The notes below the pieces were generated by a model that did not search any database, was not told where the DNA came from, and saw only the letters and a list, made by a program, of their open reading frames with translations. Both the position numbers and the translations under genes were made by a program. Of a DNA stretch of 41,087 nt, positions 1 through 10,937 are shown piece after piece. Each line of letters opens with the position of its first letter. The stretch's first letter is position 1. Location: contig JWZX01002711.1 of the NCBI GenBank assembly GCA_001275005.1, positions 1-41,087 of the forward strand, read 5' to 3'. This stretch comes from Chrysochromulina tobinii (Eukaryota).

Positions 1-347
1 AGGGTCGAAAATTTACGGCATGGGGCTCGCACCACGACGGCCGGGACGAGAGAGGGCAGTACAATAACTGTGACGGCCTCCCCGCACCGTAGCAGACACT
101 GAATTTGGCCGTTACGTATTCCCCCAAAGTCTTTCCGAAGTTCGCAAATGTAACGGTTGCGCTTGTTTAGATACTTGTGTTGTTTCGACTAATTAGCTTG
201 CTTGCTTGTAACGGAGGTTGCCAACAGAGTGTTCCAATCTCCTCAATGAGAAACTGGCGTCCCACGAACATGACACACGAACGATCGATCGCTCCGAGGT
301 AAGAGGACGGCCATTAAGAGAGGAACATACATGTAACATGGTGCCGC

Positions 348-1295
348 TCAGGACGTCAGGAGGCGATCCGCGGGGCTATCCGCCCAGCATCCTTCCATCC
401 ACCCGTTCTGTGAGCAGCGGCGTCGCACTCGGCGGGGCAGCGCGTAGCCTGTCACGTCGAGCGGCACCCCGTCCTTTGGCATTGCACAAAGGAAATCGGC
501 CAGATGGTCGAGCACAACATCGTCCTCGGCTCCCGTGTAGGAGGGCACGGGCAGCGCGTTTGACGGATTGCGCCGGTAGGTCGCTGGCGTGTCGTCGACG
601 ATCAGGCAGCGGCTGAGCGGCCGTCCGCAGTGTGTGGCCAGCCTCTGCAAGCTCTTCGTCACCGTGGTGCGGCCTGCCTCGCAGGTGATGATCGCCTCGT
701 CGCGCGAGAAGACGCAGCAGAGCGCGTCGCTGAAGCCAGGCTCCACGGCGTTGATGCCTTCGATCATCGTCATCGCGTAGCTATACGAGGCAGCCGTGAA
801 TACTGCGAGGTCAAAGTCTTTGCGAACAGCCTCGAGGAAGTCGGCCAGGCCCGGTCGTAGGCGCGTCTCGGTCGCAGGCGCGTCTCGGCCGAGAGAGGTG
901 GTGAACGAGGGCTTTCCTCGACGAATTCCGGACGGAGCAGTGTCGAGAAGCGTGCCATCGAGGTCAAGCACGAGCAGCGGCTTCACACTGTACGGACTTG
1001 GAGTTGGCGTGCGAAAGCAGGCAGCAAGAACGGCTGCTTCGCCTTTGCGCTGCCGCCGTTCAGCGGCCAGCTGGCTGAGCAAGGAGTTATCCTGGCTCCG
1101 CCAGTGTGCTGGACAATCGATGCTCGTGGTGGGTGCCGTGATCATCTTGCCGAGCTCGGGCGACATGCTCAAGACGGAAGCGAACGCCGCGAAGCACGCC
1201 TTTCGTGCCGACTTCTGTGTGCGCGCTTTCGAAAGGTTGTTTTGAAATTGAATCAGGCTCAAGTATGTCAGCAATGTTGTCGGGGGCACGACCAT
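348..1295 (-). CDS. FCP1/SCP (NIF/CTD small phosphatase-like) HAD-family phosphatase
   Basis: HAD motif LVLDLDGTLLDT (DxDxT), then LRPGLADFL, VFTAASYSYA and CLIVDDTP...NPSNALPV, all typical of the NIF domain. No intron evident; start codon uncertain. Confidence 0.85.
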   Translation of the reverse strand: MVVPPTTLLTYLSLIQFQNNLSKARTQKSARKACFAAFASVLSMSPELGKMITAPTTSIDCPAHWRSQDNSLLSQLAAERRQRKGEAAVLAACFRTPTPSPYSVKPLLVLDLDGTLLDTAPSGIRRGKPSFTTSLGRDAPATETRLRPGLADFLEAVRKDFDLAVFTAASYSYAMTMIEGINAVEPGFSDALCCVFSRDEAIITCEAGRTTVTKSLQRLATHCGRPLSRCLIVDDTPATYRRNPSNALPVPSYTGAEDDVVLDHLADFLCAMPKDGVPLDVTGYALPRRVRRRCSQNGWMEGCWADSPADRLLTS

Positions 1296-2480
1296 CCCGC
1301 TGTAAACTTCCGCTGTAAACTTGGTCGCGTACAGGTTGGTGATATCAAACTACAGACCGTCAGAGACCAAGAAGTGTCAGAGACTCTACATGTACATGTA
1401 CACAAAAGGCAGCCTGGCGGGAGCGGCGGCTCATCACGACAAGCGCCGCGGGACCCCGAGCCGCGTAGGAATCCTAACTGTTGGGCGTCACGCGCGGCAT
1501 TCTTGTTACAGATGCACACAGGTGGCGGGGGCTCGAAACGACAAAACGCATACAAAACGGCGGCTACAACTACTCAACTAGGGAGCCCGGCTACATGTAA
1601 GCTGAGGTCTTTCCGTGGTTTCTATGGTTTCCGAGAAGATATTCGCGAGGCGCGCGCGCTCCGCGAAATTGACCGGTCAGTCGTCAGTGCCGCGATCCGA
1701 GTTTCAAGTGTACAAAACATCGTAAAAGCTAAAACGTAACATGAAGGTAAACTCTTATGCAATATGGCAGGCGCCGAAAACAGGCCGCAACTTCGAAGCG
1801 GCCGTTTAGGAGGGGACGGCGTCGGTACGCCAAGTCGTGCTCTTGAGCACGCCCACTCGTTTTCCAGAACGCGAGCACATCCTCAAAAAAAAGCCGAGCC
1901 CCTCGTGTCACATGCGGAGCTACCACCAAGTGCGAGAACGCCAATCACGCGCACGCCGTGGGCGCGCCGACTACATGACAAACAAGAGCCGGCGATCGAT
2001 TTCAGAACGTGCAGTCGATCATCGCGACGTGCAGAGAGGCCGATTTGCCGCGCGTCTTCAAGCCTTGGGCTACTTTTGAGTGAGTAGAGGGTGAAAGGAG
2101 AGAAAGGAGAGCGGAGTGCAGGTGGATGAAGTCATGGGAACGGGCAACGTGTTCGTCGCGCCCTCGAGATGGTACCGCGGTTCGGTGTGACGCGTACAGC
2201 CGAGCCTTAAAGCGTGTAGGACCGTGGGGGGACGTCGTCGTCGAAGAAACTAGAAAGCGAACGCGGAGAACCGGAGTGTAATAGTGCTCTGAGTGAAGGC
2301 GGTGCGTATCCGCGGTATCCTGGCCTAACCCTAACTGTTTTCTCTAGATACAGCGAATCTTCCGACGCGAGACAGCGGCCAGACACTGGAAACCATTGGA
2401 AACATCGATGTCATGTCGCACAACGGAAATCAGCGGCTTCCTCCAGCTCCACGGAGTGGCGATGATTATAGGCGATGAGA

Positions 2481-3140
2481 CTACTTCCCAAGATCGAGGC
2501 TGTTTGTGGCGACGCGGCGAAGGGCGGCCTTCTGTAGAGCAGGACCAAGGCGGCCGCTGGCGATGAGGGGTCGGAGTCCGGGAGCGGCCTCGTCGACGCC
2601 GTCATTGAACCCACCAATGTATTGACCGCCGACCCAAATGTGAGGAATCGATGTGCGGCCTGTCATGGCGCCAAGCTCGGCAACGAGAGCAGAGCCATCC
2701 TCGCGCGTGTTCCACTCGACGGCCCGAAAGGGCACGCCCTCGCCTTCGAGCGTCTTCTTCGCGGCAAGACTGAAGGGGCAGTACGTGGCTGAAAAGATGA
2801 CGACATCGTCCCCAGCGAGGATGGCATCTAGCGTGGTCCGAGTTTTGGCCCGGTCGTAGTCTCCTGCAGCTTTGGTGGTCACCCAGCGCTTGACGGGATT
2901 GTTCACCATCCACATTGGCGCCGGGTGCTCTGTGAGCCATTTGCCCACGCCGTTGTACATCGCGCCAAAGAATCCCGGGTCCTTTTCCTGCAGATCGACC
3001 GCGCGTGCTCTCTGCGACGTGGCTGGCAGCATGACCGCCACCGTCTGGATGGCGGTTCGACGGCTTATGTGGCGAAGAGCCAGCGCACACGTCGATGGCA
3101 TGGCCAAGAGCACGAGCAAGCTCGCCAGAGAACGCGCCAT
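2481..3140 (-). CDS. Monothiol glutaredoxin (CPFS) with N-terminal targeting presequence
   Basis: VVIFSATYCPFS, TGRTSIPHIWVGGQYIGG (Grx cis-Pro and GG motifs). Start set at MARSLASLLVLL (ATG 3140), which begins a hydrophobic signal peptide. Confidence 0.88.
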   Translation of the reverse strand: MARSLASLLVLLAMPSTCALALRHISRRTAIQTVAVMLPATSQRARAVDLQEKDPGFFGAMYNGVGKWLTEHPAPMWMVNNPVKRWVTTKAAGDYDRAKTRTTLDAILAGDDVVIFSATYCPFSLAAKKTLEGEGVPFRAVEWNTREDGSALVAELGAMTGRTSIPHIWVGGQYIGGFNDGVDEAAPGLRPLIASGRLGPALQKAALRRVATNSLDLGK

Positions 3141-3479
3141 CTCTGCGCCGTCTTGAGCACACTGATGGCCTTGAGATTGCTGGAGGGTTTTCCGCCATTC
3201 CGCAGGTCTGTGAACGTTCGCGAGACGTAGTACAGTACATGTACTGTACACGTGTGTGTTTGTCAACGAGGCGACGCGACCCTGTGTCCCCGTGGCCTCG
3301 CCGCCCCGCCGCGGCTGCCGCGCGACTATGAGGTGCCATCTTCGACGACTAGGCCGATGAACCCGGCAACTGATGAACGTGCTGTCTACACCTTCGCCAC
3401 CCCCTCCCTCCCCGCCCCCGCCTCAATGCCTCAACGCACACCAGCTGTCGGCAACGCCCACTTAATCACAAGTGCCCGC

Positions 3480-4728
3480 AAGCATGGAAGAGGCCCATGT
3501 AGGTGCGACGCCCTGGCGACCATCGAACTCTGCTGCGCTGCTGCTGTGCTCTGCAGCTGCCGCCGTGCCGGACACGCTATGAGGAAACTCCATCTTCCGT
3601 AGATAGGGACAGATGACGCCTTATGGCGAATGATTCTGAAACTTCACTTGGCTGTGGTACTGAGCATTGTCCGCGCGCTTTCCGCTGGCCGCGGGCCTAG
3701 CTACAGAACTGGCCGCGAGCCTGGCTGCGGTTGCCGTCCCTTTGTGGCGCCCTGTGTGACGTCCCTGGGTGGCACCGCTCTGTGCACTACCAACAGCCTG
3801 TCCGCTGTTGGCGATTTCTATGTGAGCTTCGATCGAGAGGCCTGACCCTCCTCTGAACCTCATCGAGAGGGCGGAGCCACCGGCGCGTGCATACCTCGCC
3901 CGGCAGCTGCGTTGAGTGGCGGGTGGCGCTAGTGCCCTGATGAGCGTCGCACCTGCGACCACCTTCAGACTAGAGTATCCGAATCGCCCGTGTGCGAGAC
4001 TGAGGACCTCTGAGACCCTCTGAGCTTCGCGCCATCCCACCTGGCTGCTCGGCCTTGTGTGCTCTGCCCTGGCTGGCCTGGCCTGCACCCCATCTGCACG
4101 CTATCATCAACCTGGGCGGAGAGTCTTCATCCTCTGCTACGGGCTAAACCGGCTGTGCCACATTCACACCCCACGAAGCGCTTGCCATCGGCGAACCTCC
4201 AATGTCCCGCCGGTCTTCCTTTGCGCCCCGACATTTGTCTCACCGAACCCTCGTCCCTCGTCCCTTGGCCTCACTGTGTGCAGGCGACGGTCGTCGTTGC
4301 CGGCGGTGTCGCTTTGGCGGTGGCAGCAGGGGCGGCGGTGGAGATCAAGAGGTCGAGAACCACCGCTCACGAGGGCGCAATCTACAGCTGTACGAGGCGA
4401 GGTGCCCGAGGCGACTCCCTTCTCGCTTGAGCTGCGGCATGAGAGGTTTCGGCAAGGGGCTGGGAGGTTTCGGGCGTTGCTGTGCGACCTGCGCCGCAAG
4501 ACGGATGCGCTCATCGAGTGGCACGTGCCGCGCGGCCCGTAATATGACGGCAGCTACCACCACTTGTTCGACGAGCGGGAGTACGAGCTCCCAGGCGCGG
4601 AGGAGCACAACACCTCGGCATTAACGACCTTCGAAGCTCTTCTGGTGGATGCTGCGCAGCCCGGTGTTGTCGCACAACGCGAGCCTGGGCATGGTGGTGA
4701 GCGGTTCTCTGCTTTGAGTGAGGTCTAG
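3480..4728 (+). pseudogene. Probable decayed gene, possibly F-box-like at the N-terminus
   Basis: Frame DALATIELCCAAAVLC...LP*IGTDDALWRMILKLHL crosses TAG 3600-3602. A second coding-like frame ..LIEWHVPRGP*YDGSYHHLFDEREYEL.. crosses TAA 4540-4542 and ends at TAG 4728. Confidence 0.35.
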
Positions 4729-5099
4729 CGATTCCGTAGTGCGTAGAAAGCTTTATTAGAGTTCAAGCTAGGCGCGTCTGAGGATGACAATCATGTGTGC
4801 TGACAACGGCTTCGTCCGGCGGGAGGGCATGCGGGAGGGACACACTACCGTACTACAATTGTAATACCGTACTACGGGTAACCAGCCACGAAGCGTTCAG
4901 GGTCGTCACGAACGGCTAACGTAAACCTAAATAGCACACTTTTCGGTATCAAGTTCAAGAGCAAGTGCACTTCGCAGGCCTTTTCGTTTCCCCACAGAGC
5001 AGGGGGCCTACCTGCCGCGAGCTGCGCTGCGCTGCGCACACCCTGGATGGCGCCCTTGATGAGGAATGTAATTGGGCCTTGCGCCTTGTGCTCTCGACG

Positions 5100-5442
5100 A
5101 TGGTAAACGCTGCCGCCGAATACCGTGCTTCCGCCCCCCGCTGACTGATGGACGTGATTCGGCACTCGTTTCGCAGCCGACCGGCGCGGGTGGTGGCTCC
5201 AACAAGGCCCAGAAGGCCGTCGTGAATAAGAAGGCCAAGGGCAAGAAGGATGAAGATGAGGACGACGACGAGGTGACTTGCGCTGCGATCATCTGCACTC
5301 GGCCTCGCTTGGCCTCGCTCGGCCTCGCTGACATGGGTTGGCATGCTTGTGTGCGCAGGGTTCGGTGGCCCAGAAGGAGCAGCTGAAGGCTCGCAAGGCG
5401 GCTGAGGAGGCCATGCGTAAAAAGCTGGCGGGTGGGAAGTAG
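5100..5442 (+). CDS. TMA7: Small 60-aa TMA7-like (translation machinery-associated) protein, 3 exons
   Basis: Exons 5100-5102 (ATG only), 5177-5272 and 5359-5442 joined by GT-AG introns give MPTGAGGGSNKAQKAVVNKKAKGKKDEDEDDDEGSVAQKEQLKARKAAEEAMRKKLAGGK. The basic-acidic-helical layout resembles TMA7. Confidence 0.65.
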
Positions 5443-5860
5443 GGCCTCGCAGCCGTCCATGATGGCGCTGCTGTGTTCGCTGTCTTCGAGCGTGGAGAGC
5501 TTGACGTGTGCGTAGGGGTCAATGCAGACTCGCACACACGGTATCGGCCACGCGCCTCTGCTCCATGCACCATGGCCATTTGGCGTGCGGCATGCGGCCC
5601 CATGCAGTCGCAATTCAGTAATGGGTTTAGAGCCGCCCCGTCCGGGGCGTCGAGGCCTCGCCCTGCGCGCAAGAAAACCCCCCTTTAAACCACCCACACG
5701 GTCTCACACGAGAGAGTGTAGAAGAGAGAGCTTACTACCGGAGACATGCGCTCATGGGACATGGCGCGCTCAGCACACAAGGACACCCGGCCACGCCTCG
5801 CTCCATCTCCAACTCGCACGGCAGCTACGGCAGCTACGTCCATCCGAAGCGGAGGCTCTC

Positions 5861-8800
5861 TCAGTCCATGGAGGAGGCTGCACGCGGCGGCCGTTGGACG
5901 GGCGTGTGCGCCATCGGCCTGTCCTGGCTGCTCTGCGGCCGTTGGTCGCTCGCCGGCTCACCCTCGACAGCGCCCCGATCGCCTGCGCCCGTGAGCGAGT
6001 GGATATGCTCCCGAAGGCGAAGGATCTCGGCGCGCTGTACGGCCATCTCGCGCATATTGGACTCGAGCGACATGAGGACCTCCGCCGTGCGCGCGCGCTC
6101 GCGTCCCATCGCGCCCGCTGGACCCTTGAGGAGACGACCATGCGATCCCGAGGCGGAGGCAGCGCCGCCTCCGATAGTCATGGGCGGCGGCAGCGATGAG
6201 GAACCCTCGGCCGTCGACGGGCGCAGCAGACCACTGGGTGTGCCAGGACGGCGCGGCAGCCCACCGGCCGATGACGCGCCCGCGCGCCCCTTCTTCGCAT
6301 CGGCGTTCTGCAGGTTCTGCAGCTCCATCTGCGCCTTGGCGAGCTCTCCGCGCACCTCGCGCACCTCGCGGCGCAGAGAGTTGCACTCAACGATGAGCTT
6401 CTCGTTCTCAGCAACCTTCTTGGCCGAGTCGCCCTGTTTCTGGCCCTCAGCGCGGTTGAGACGCCCGCGTAGCGACTCGAGCGCGCGCTCCATGTAGAGG
6501 CGCTGGCTCGCAAACTCCTGAGCGACGCCCTCGTCCTCCTCGTTCGCACCCGAGCCGGCACCCTCGCCCATCTCCCGGTACAGCACCTTGACGCCCTCCT
6601 TGATCGCGTTCGGGTCGGTCAGGTTGGCGAGCTTCTGCACGTCGCGAGCGAGAAACTGGAGTGCCCTCTCCTTTGACAGCACCTCGCGTCTCACCTTCTT
6701 GAGCTCGCCTTGGAGGGACTCAATCTTGGCCTGGCGCTCGGCGAGGCCGTGCTCGAGGCCCACCGAGGTCTTATAATCTCGCTGCAGCTCGTCGTCGAGC
6801 TCGCGGATCGTCTCGCGCATCTGCATGATCTGCTCGTCGCGAGGCTCGATCTCCTTGGCGAGCTCGCGCAGCTTGTAATCGAGTACGAACTTGAACTTCT
6901 CGAGCTCCTTGTTCTTGGCCTTGAGCTCGGATAGCCGGCGCTCCTTATCCGCGATGGACTCCTCGCGCTCTTGCACGTCCTTCTTGAGCAGCGCGATGAC
7001 CTTCTCACGATCAGCCACGTCGTGACGAAGCCCCTTGATCGTGCTCTCGCGCTCATCCAGCTGTGACTTGAGCTTCGCCATGTCCTGCTGGAAGTTGGCG
7101 AACTTTTTGCGCATGATCGCCTGCTCGCCCTTGATCGTCTGCTTCTCCTCGCGCTCGTGCGTGAGCAGCTTGAACGCCGCCTCCTCCTGCCTCTCGATGA
7201 CGGTGTCGTTGTCTCGCTCCTCCTGGGAGAGCATCTCCTCGTACTTGTGGGCGAGGGCCGCCTGCTGCTCCTCGCTCGCAACCAGCTTCTGATTGGCGGC
7301 CGCCTTGATCTCTTCGCGCTCGAGCTTGAGTCGCTCCTCGCGCTCCTGGCCCGCGACGACGAGCGCGTAGATGCGCTCCTCGAGCTCGCACTGCATGTCC
7401 TCCTTGTCCCTTGCGGAGGGCCTCCCCAGCGCGCCGCCTCGGCAGCCAGCTTGCGCTCATACAGGTGCTCCAGCTCCTCGGCTGCGCGCATGTGAGCCCC
7501 CTCCATACTCTGGGCCGCCTCGGCCGCCTCGCGCTCGGCCGCCTCGAGGAAGCGCTCGAGCCCCTTGTACCGCTCCGCCGCCTCGTGCAGGGCCTCCTCG
7601 CGTGCCTGGCGCTCGAGGCGGAGCTGCTCCTGGAAGGTCTGCTCGGCTAAATGGGACTGGTACTCGGACTGCAGCTGGATCTCTTTGACCTTCTGCTCGA
7701 GCTCCTCCGCGACAGCCACGCGCTCAAGCAGCTCCGCCTTGGACACAAGCACCGTGTTGTTCTCGGGCGAGGGCCCGTCGCCTCCTTCCTTCCCCGCGCC
7801 ACTCCGAAGTGCTCGCTCTCGGAGTGCGGCACCTTCCCCGAGCATCTCCCACATCAGGATGGTGCCGTCCTCGGATGCGGTGAACAGGTGCGCCTCGTCA
7901 TGGCTCAAGCGCAGCTGCACGATCGGCGCCAAATGGAGCATCGCGTCATCGGACGGCTCCGACTCGGCGGTGAGGGGCAGCTCATACGTGCGAACGACGC
8001 CCGCCTGAGAACCGCAGAGGAGCACGTTATCCGATTTGGAAATGTCGAGCGCCATCAGCTTGCCCAATTCGGTGCGCTTCTCGCAGAGCAGCGAGCCGCC
8101 CGCCAGGCACTTGAGCGCGCCGTCTTGGGCGGCCGTGAAACTGACGAGGGAGGCAATCAGAGGCGGTCAGAGGCGGAACAGAGGCACTCGGAGCGCCGTC
8201 CCGGGCGGTCGCGTACAGTGTCGTCACCCCTTTCACGCGAGCGCCGCACTTGACAGCTTCGTTCTTGGCCACCTTGATGACGTAGTCGGAGCTCTGCAGC
8301 CGCTCCATGATTGGGGCATCCGGCCCCCATTCCCACTCATATACGGCACCGTCCACGCCCGTCGAAGCGAGACCTCGATCACCCTCGCGCCACGAGATCG
8401 AGCGCACGGCCCCCGAATGCCCCTTGAGCGTGCACAGCTGCTCGGCCGTGTACCTGATGAGTGAGGCACTCAAGCTCAATGAGAGGCAATCAAGAGGCAC
8501 TCAAGAGGCACTCACGAGGCACTCACGAGGCACTCACGAGGCACTCACGAGGCACTCAAGAGGCACTCAAGAGGCACTCAGAGGGCGTGAGTGGCCACTC
8601 GGCGGCGCACGTGGAAAAGATGAAGATGTGAGGGCCCGAGACGGCGGCAAAGTACTGGCCGCCTCGCGCGAAGGAGACACATCGGCAGCCCTTGACCGCG
8701 AAGTCGGCGACCAATTGTAGGTCATTCATCAGGATGTTGAAGAGGCGGAGCTTATCAGAGAAGCCGACGAGGATCTGCGAGGGAGGGGATGAGGGAGGAG

Positions 8801-10168
8801 ATGAGGGCGGCTACAGAGAGGCGAGCAGGGATGCGAGCAGAGGGGTGATCATGGAGGCCCAGCACGCACTTGGTTGCCCGTCGGGTGCAGAGAGCACCCG
8901 AGCGGCTCGTCCGCAAAGTGCTTCACATGCTCGCAGATGCGCCGCGTGTAGTTCCATACCCGGACAGTTCGGTCGGCGCCGCACGTGACCAGCAAAGGCT
9001 TCTGCACGCAGGTGTCGAGGCCGGTCACCGTGCCGTGATGGAATCCTCCGCCGGCGAGCAGCGTGAAATGGCACTCGTCCGACCCGGACGAGAGGATGTC
9101 GATGTTGGCGATCGGGAAGGTGGCCAGTTGCGAGTTCGCACAGGAGCAGATCAGCATCTCCTCGCTTGGGGAGATCGCGAGGGCGGTGATGTCGAGGGGC
9201 TGTCGGCCGGAGGAGGCGGAGGAGGAGCTCAGGGGCGACGAGGGCGCCCAGCAAACGAACGTGTGCGAGAGCTGGTAAGGGACACGCTCCTCGTCCTTGG
9301 GCCCTTCGAAGATGCAAATGAGGCCAGCCGCCCCCGCGGTGATGAATCCGCGCGCGAACGCGACCACGCACGAGAGCGAGGCGGCACCGGCCTCACGCGC
9401 CGAGGTGATCGTATGCTTCACCTCGCCGCGCTCGAGAAGCTGCACCTCGCCCATGTCAGTGCAGCCGACGACGCGGTCATCACCAGGCAGCCACGCGTGG
9501 TCAGTGTATACCGGCGGCTCCTTCTTGATCGCAAGGCCAGAGCCTGGCGCTGGCTTGAGCTGGCCGTCGGCGAGGCGCCAGAGCCGGAAGAACTTGGCGC
9601 CAGTCGTGCAGATCGTCGCGCCCTGGGCGTGCTCGCGTGGGTCGAAGCTAATGCGGCTGATCGCGTATGGCACCGAACTCTTCTGGAACGCGAGCTGCCG
9701 CCCCTTGTCCCACAGCCAGAGTACGAGCTCGCCATTGCCGGTGGCGGCGGCGAGTAGCTTGCTGTCCGACGAGAATGCGGCCGTGATGAACCGGTCCGCC
9801 GTCGAGTCAGCCAGCGGCCCGCCCTGTGGCAGCACCTTGGTCTTCTTCTGCGAAGAGACGTGGTAGATCGAGATCTGCGCCGTCTCGTTACGCTCGCAGA
9901 CGGCAAGGTACTTTTTGGAGGGCGAGAGGGCGAGCGCGGTCACATCGCCCTTCTCGCTCGTTCCGTCGCGCACGAAGGCCATCTTGCGCGACTCGAGGTT
10001 GTACAGCGCGATCGCGCGGCCGACGGGATGCAGGATTGTCGCCTCGTCCACGGCGAGCACGTTGTTCTGCACGTCGTTCGAAAGGCCGAAGGCGTGCAGT
10101 GGCGCGAGCACCGGTGCAGCCGGGTTATGGCTCATCGCAGCCGCTGCGGGCGCCGGAGGCTCGGACAT
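5861..10168 (-). CDS. CFAP57: Cilia- and flagella-associated protein 57 (WD40 repeats + long coiled coil)
   Basis: WD40 N-terminus (GGFHHGTVTGLDTCVQKPLLVTCGADRTVRVWNY; ILVGFSDKLRLF) and C-terminal coil with ELEKFKFVLDYKLRELAKEIEPR. Introns 8775-8869, 8454-8610 and 8141-8216. Apparent +2 frameshift at about 7408-7427. Confidence 0.9.
8462..8582 (+). repeat. Intronic tandem 11-mer array (GAGGCACTCAC/GAGGCACTCAA)n
   Basis: Directly visible tandem units inside CFAP57 intron 8454-8610. Confidence 0.9.
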
Positions 10169-10764
10169 GTAGGACTGATAACTCTTCTGAACCTGTCGCG
10201 GGCCGGCAAACCGCTCGAAGTGACCAACCCCTACCAACCCGGGGAAAACAATTCACGCTGACCATTCACAAAGGACGGGGAGGTTTCGCTACTCTCGTTC
10301 AGCCGAACGCCCGAATACGGACGTTTAACGTTTTCCGTTTACATGTAGACCGGCGCCCGCGACGGCGGCCGCACCGCGTCGTACACTTGTAGTAAGCGTT
10401 GTAACGTCCGACGACACGATAAAACACTAAACACGGCGGTTCGGCGCCGTCCTCGTCTTCGTAGTTTTTCAAGCAGAGGAGGGCGCATCTCTTCAAAACT
10501 CCACAATAGATAGTGATTAGACCCTCAGACCCGGGTTCCTCGCGACGGATATGCTCCGACCATCAATTGCCGACCATCTGCATTCATCTCTATGGGCGAG
10601 TCGGGACTCGGGTCTCGCTCTCGGGATGCTCATCGGATTCGAACATTCGATATCATGGGTAATTCATCTGCGAGACACACGTCTCAGCACATGTTCGGAT
10701 CGTTAAGGATCGTTCCCGCCAGTGCCGCGAAGTCTTCGTGATGAACCAAAACCCAACACTGAGT

Positions 10765-10868
10765 CAGAGTCTCTATCTCGGCAACACTGCTAGCGACTTG
10801 TAGTCAACATTTGCTCATATGAGCCGTTGGCCGCGTTTGGCAGTGTCAGCGTCATTTGTCTCTCATCC
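10765..10868 (-). promoter_or_regulatory. Candidate SECIS element in the SelU 3' UTR
   Basis: Minus strand reads ATGAC-GCTGACACTGC-C-AAA...GCAGTGTTGC-CGAG. The UGA/GA core (10851-10855 / 10777-10780) flanks a ~10-bp helix with unpaired AAA at 10836-10838. It lies ~80 nt after the stop codon of a UGA-containing gene. Confidence 0.65.
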
Positions 10869-10937
10869 CGTGCGTGGCCGTGGCCGTGCTGACATCGTTT
10901 CCACCATGGGTTCAAGCGTGTGGCGATGGCATGGCAC

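Noticed and set aside
2324..2335. CCTAACCCTAAC telomere-like motif
   Set aside because: Only two units; compatible with chance.
3843..3845. TGA ending the Cys-rich 71-aa ORF 3630-3845 as a possible second Sec codon
   Set aside because: No redox motif context, the frame closes shortly after, and no SECIS was seen; more likely an intron or pseudogene decay.
8462..8582. Tandem repeat array that could be mistaken for CRISPR
   Set aside because: Contiguous 11-mers with no unique spacers, inside a spliceosomal intron, and no cas genes.
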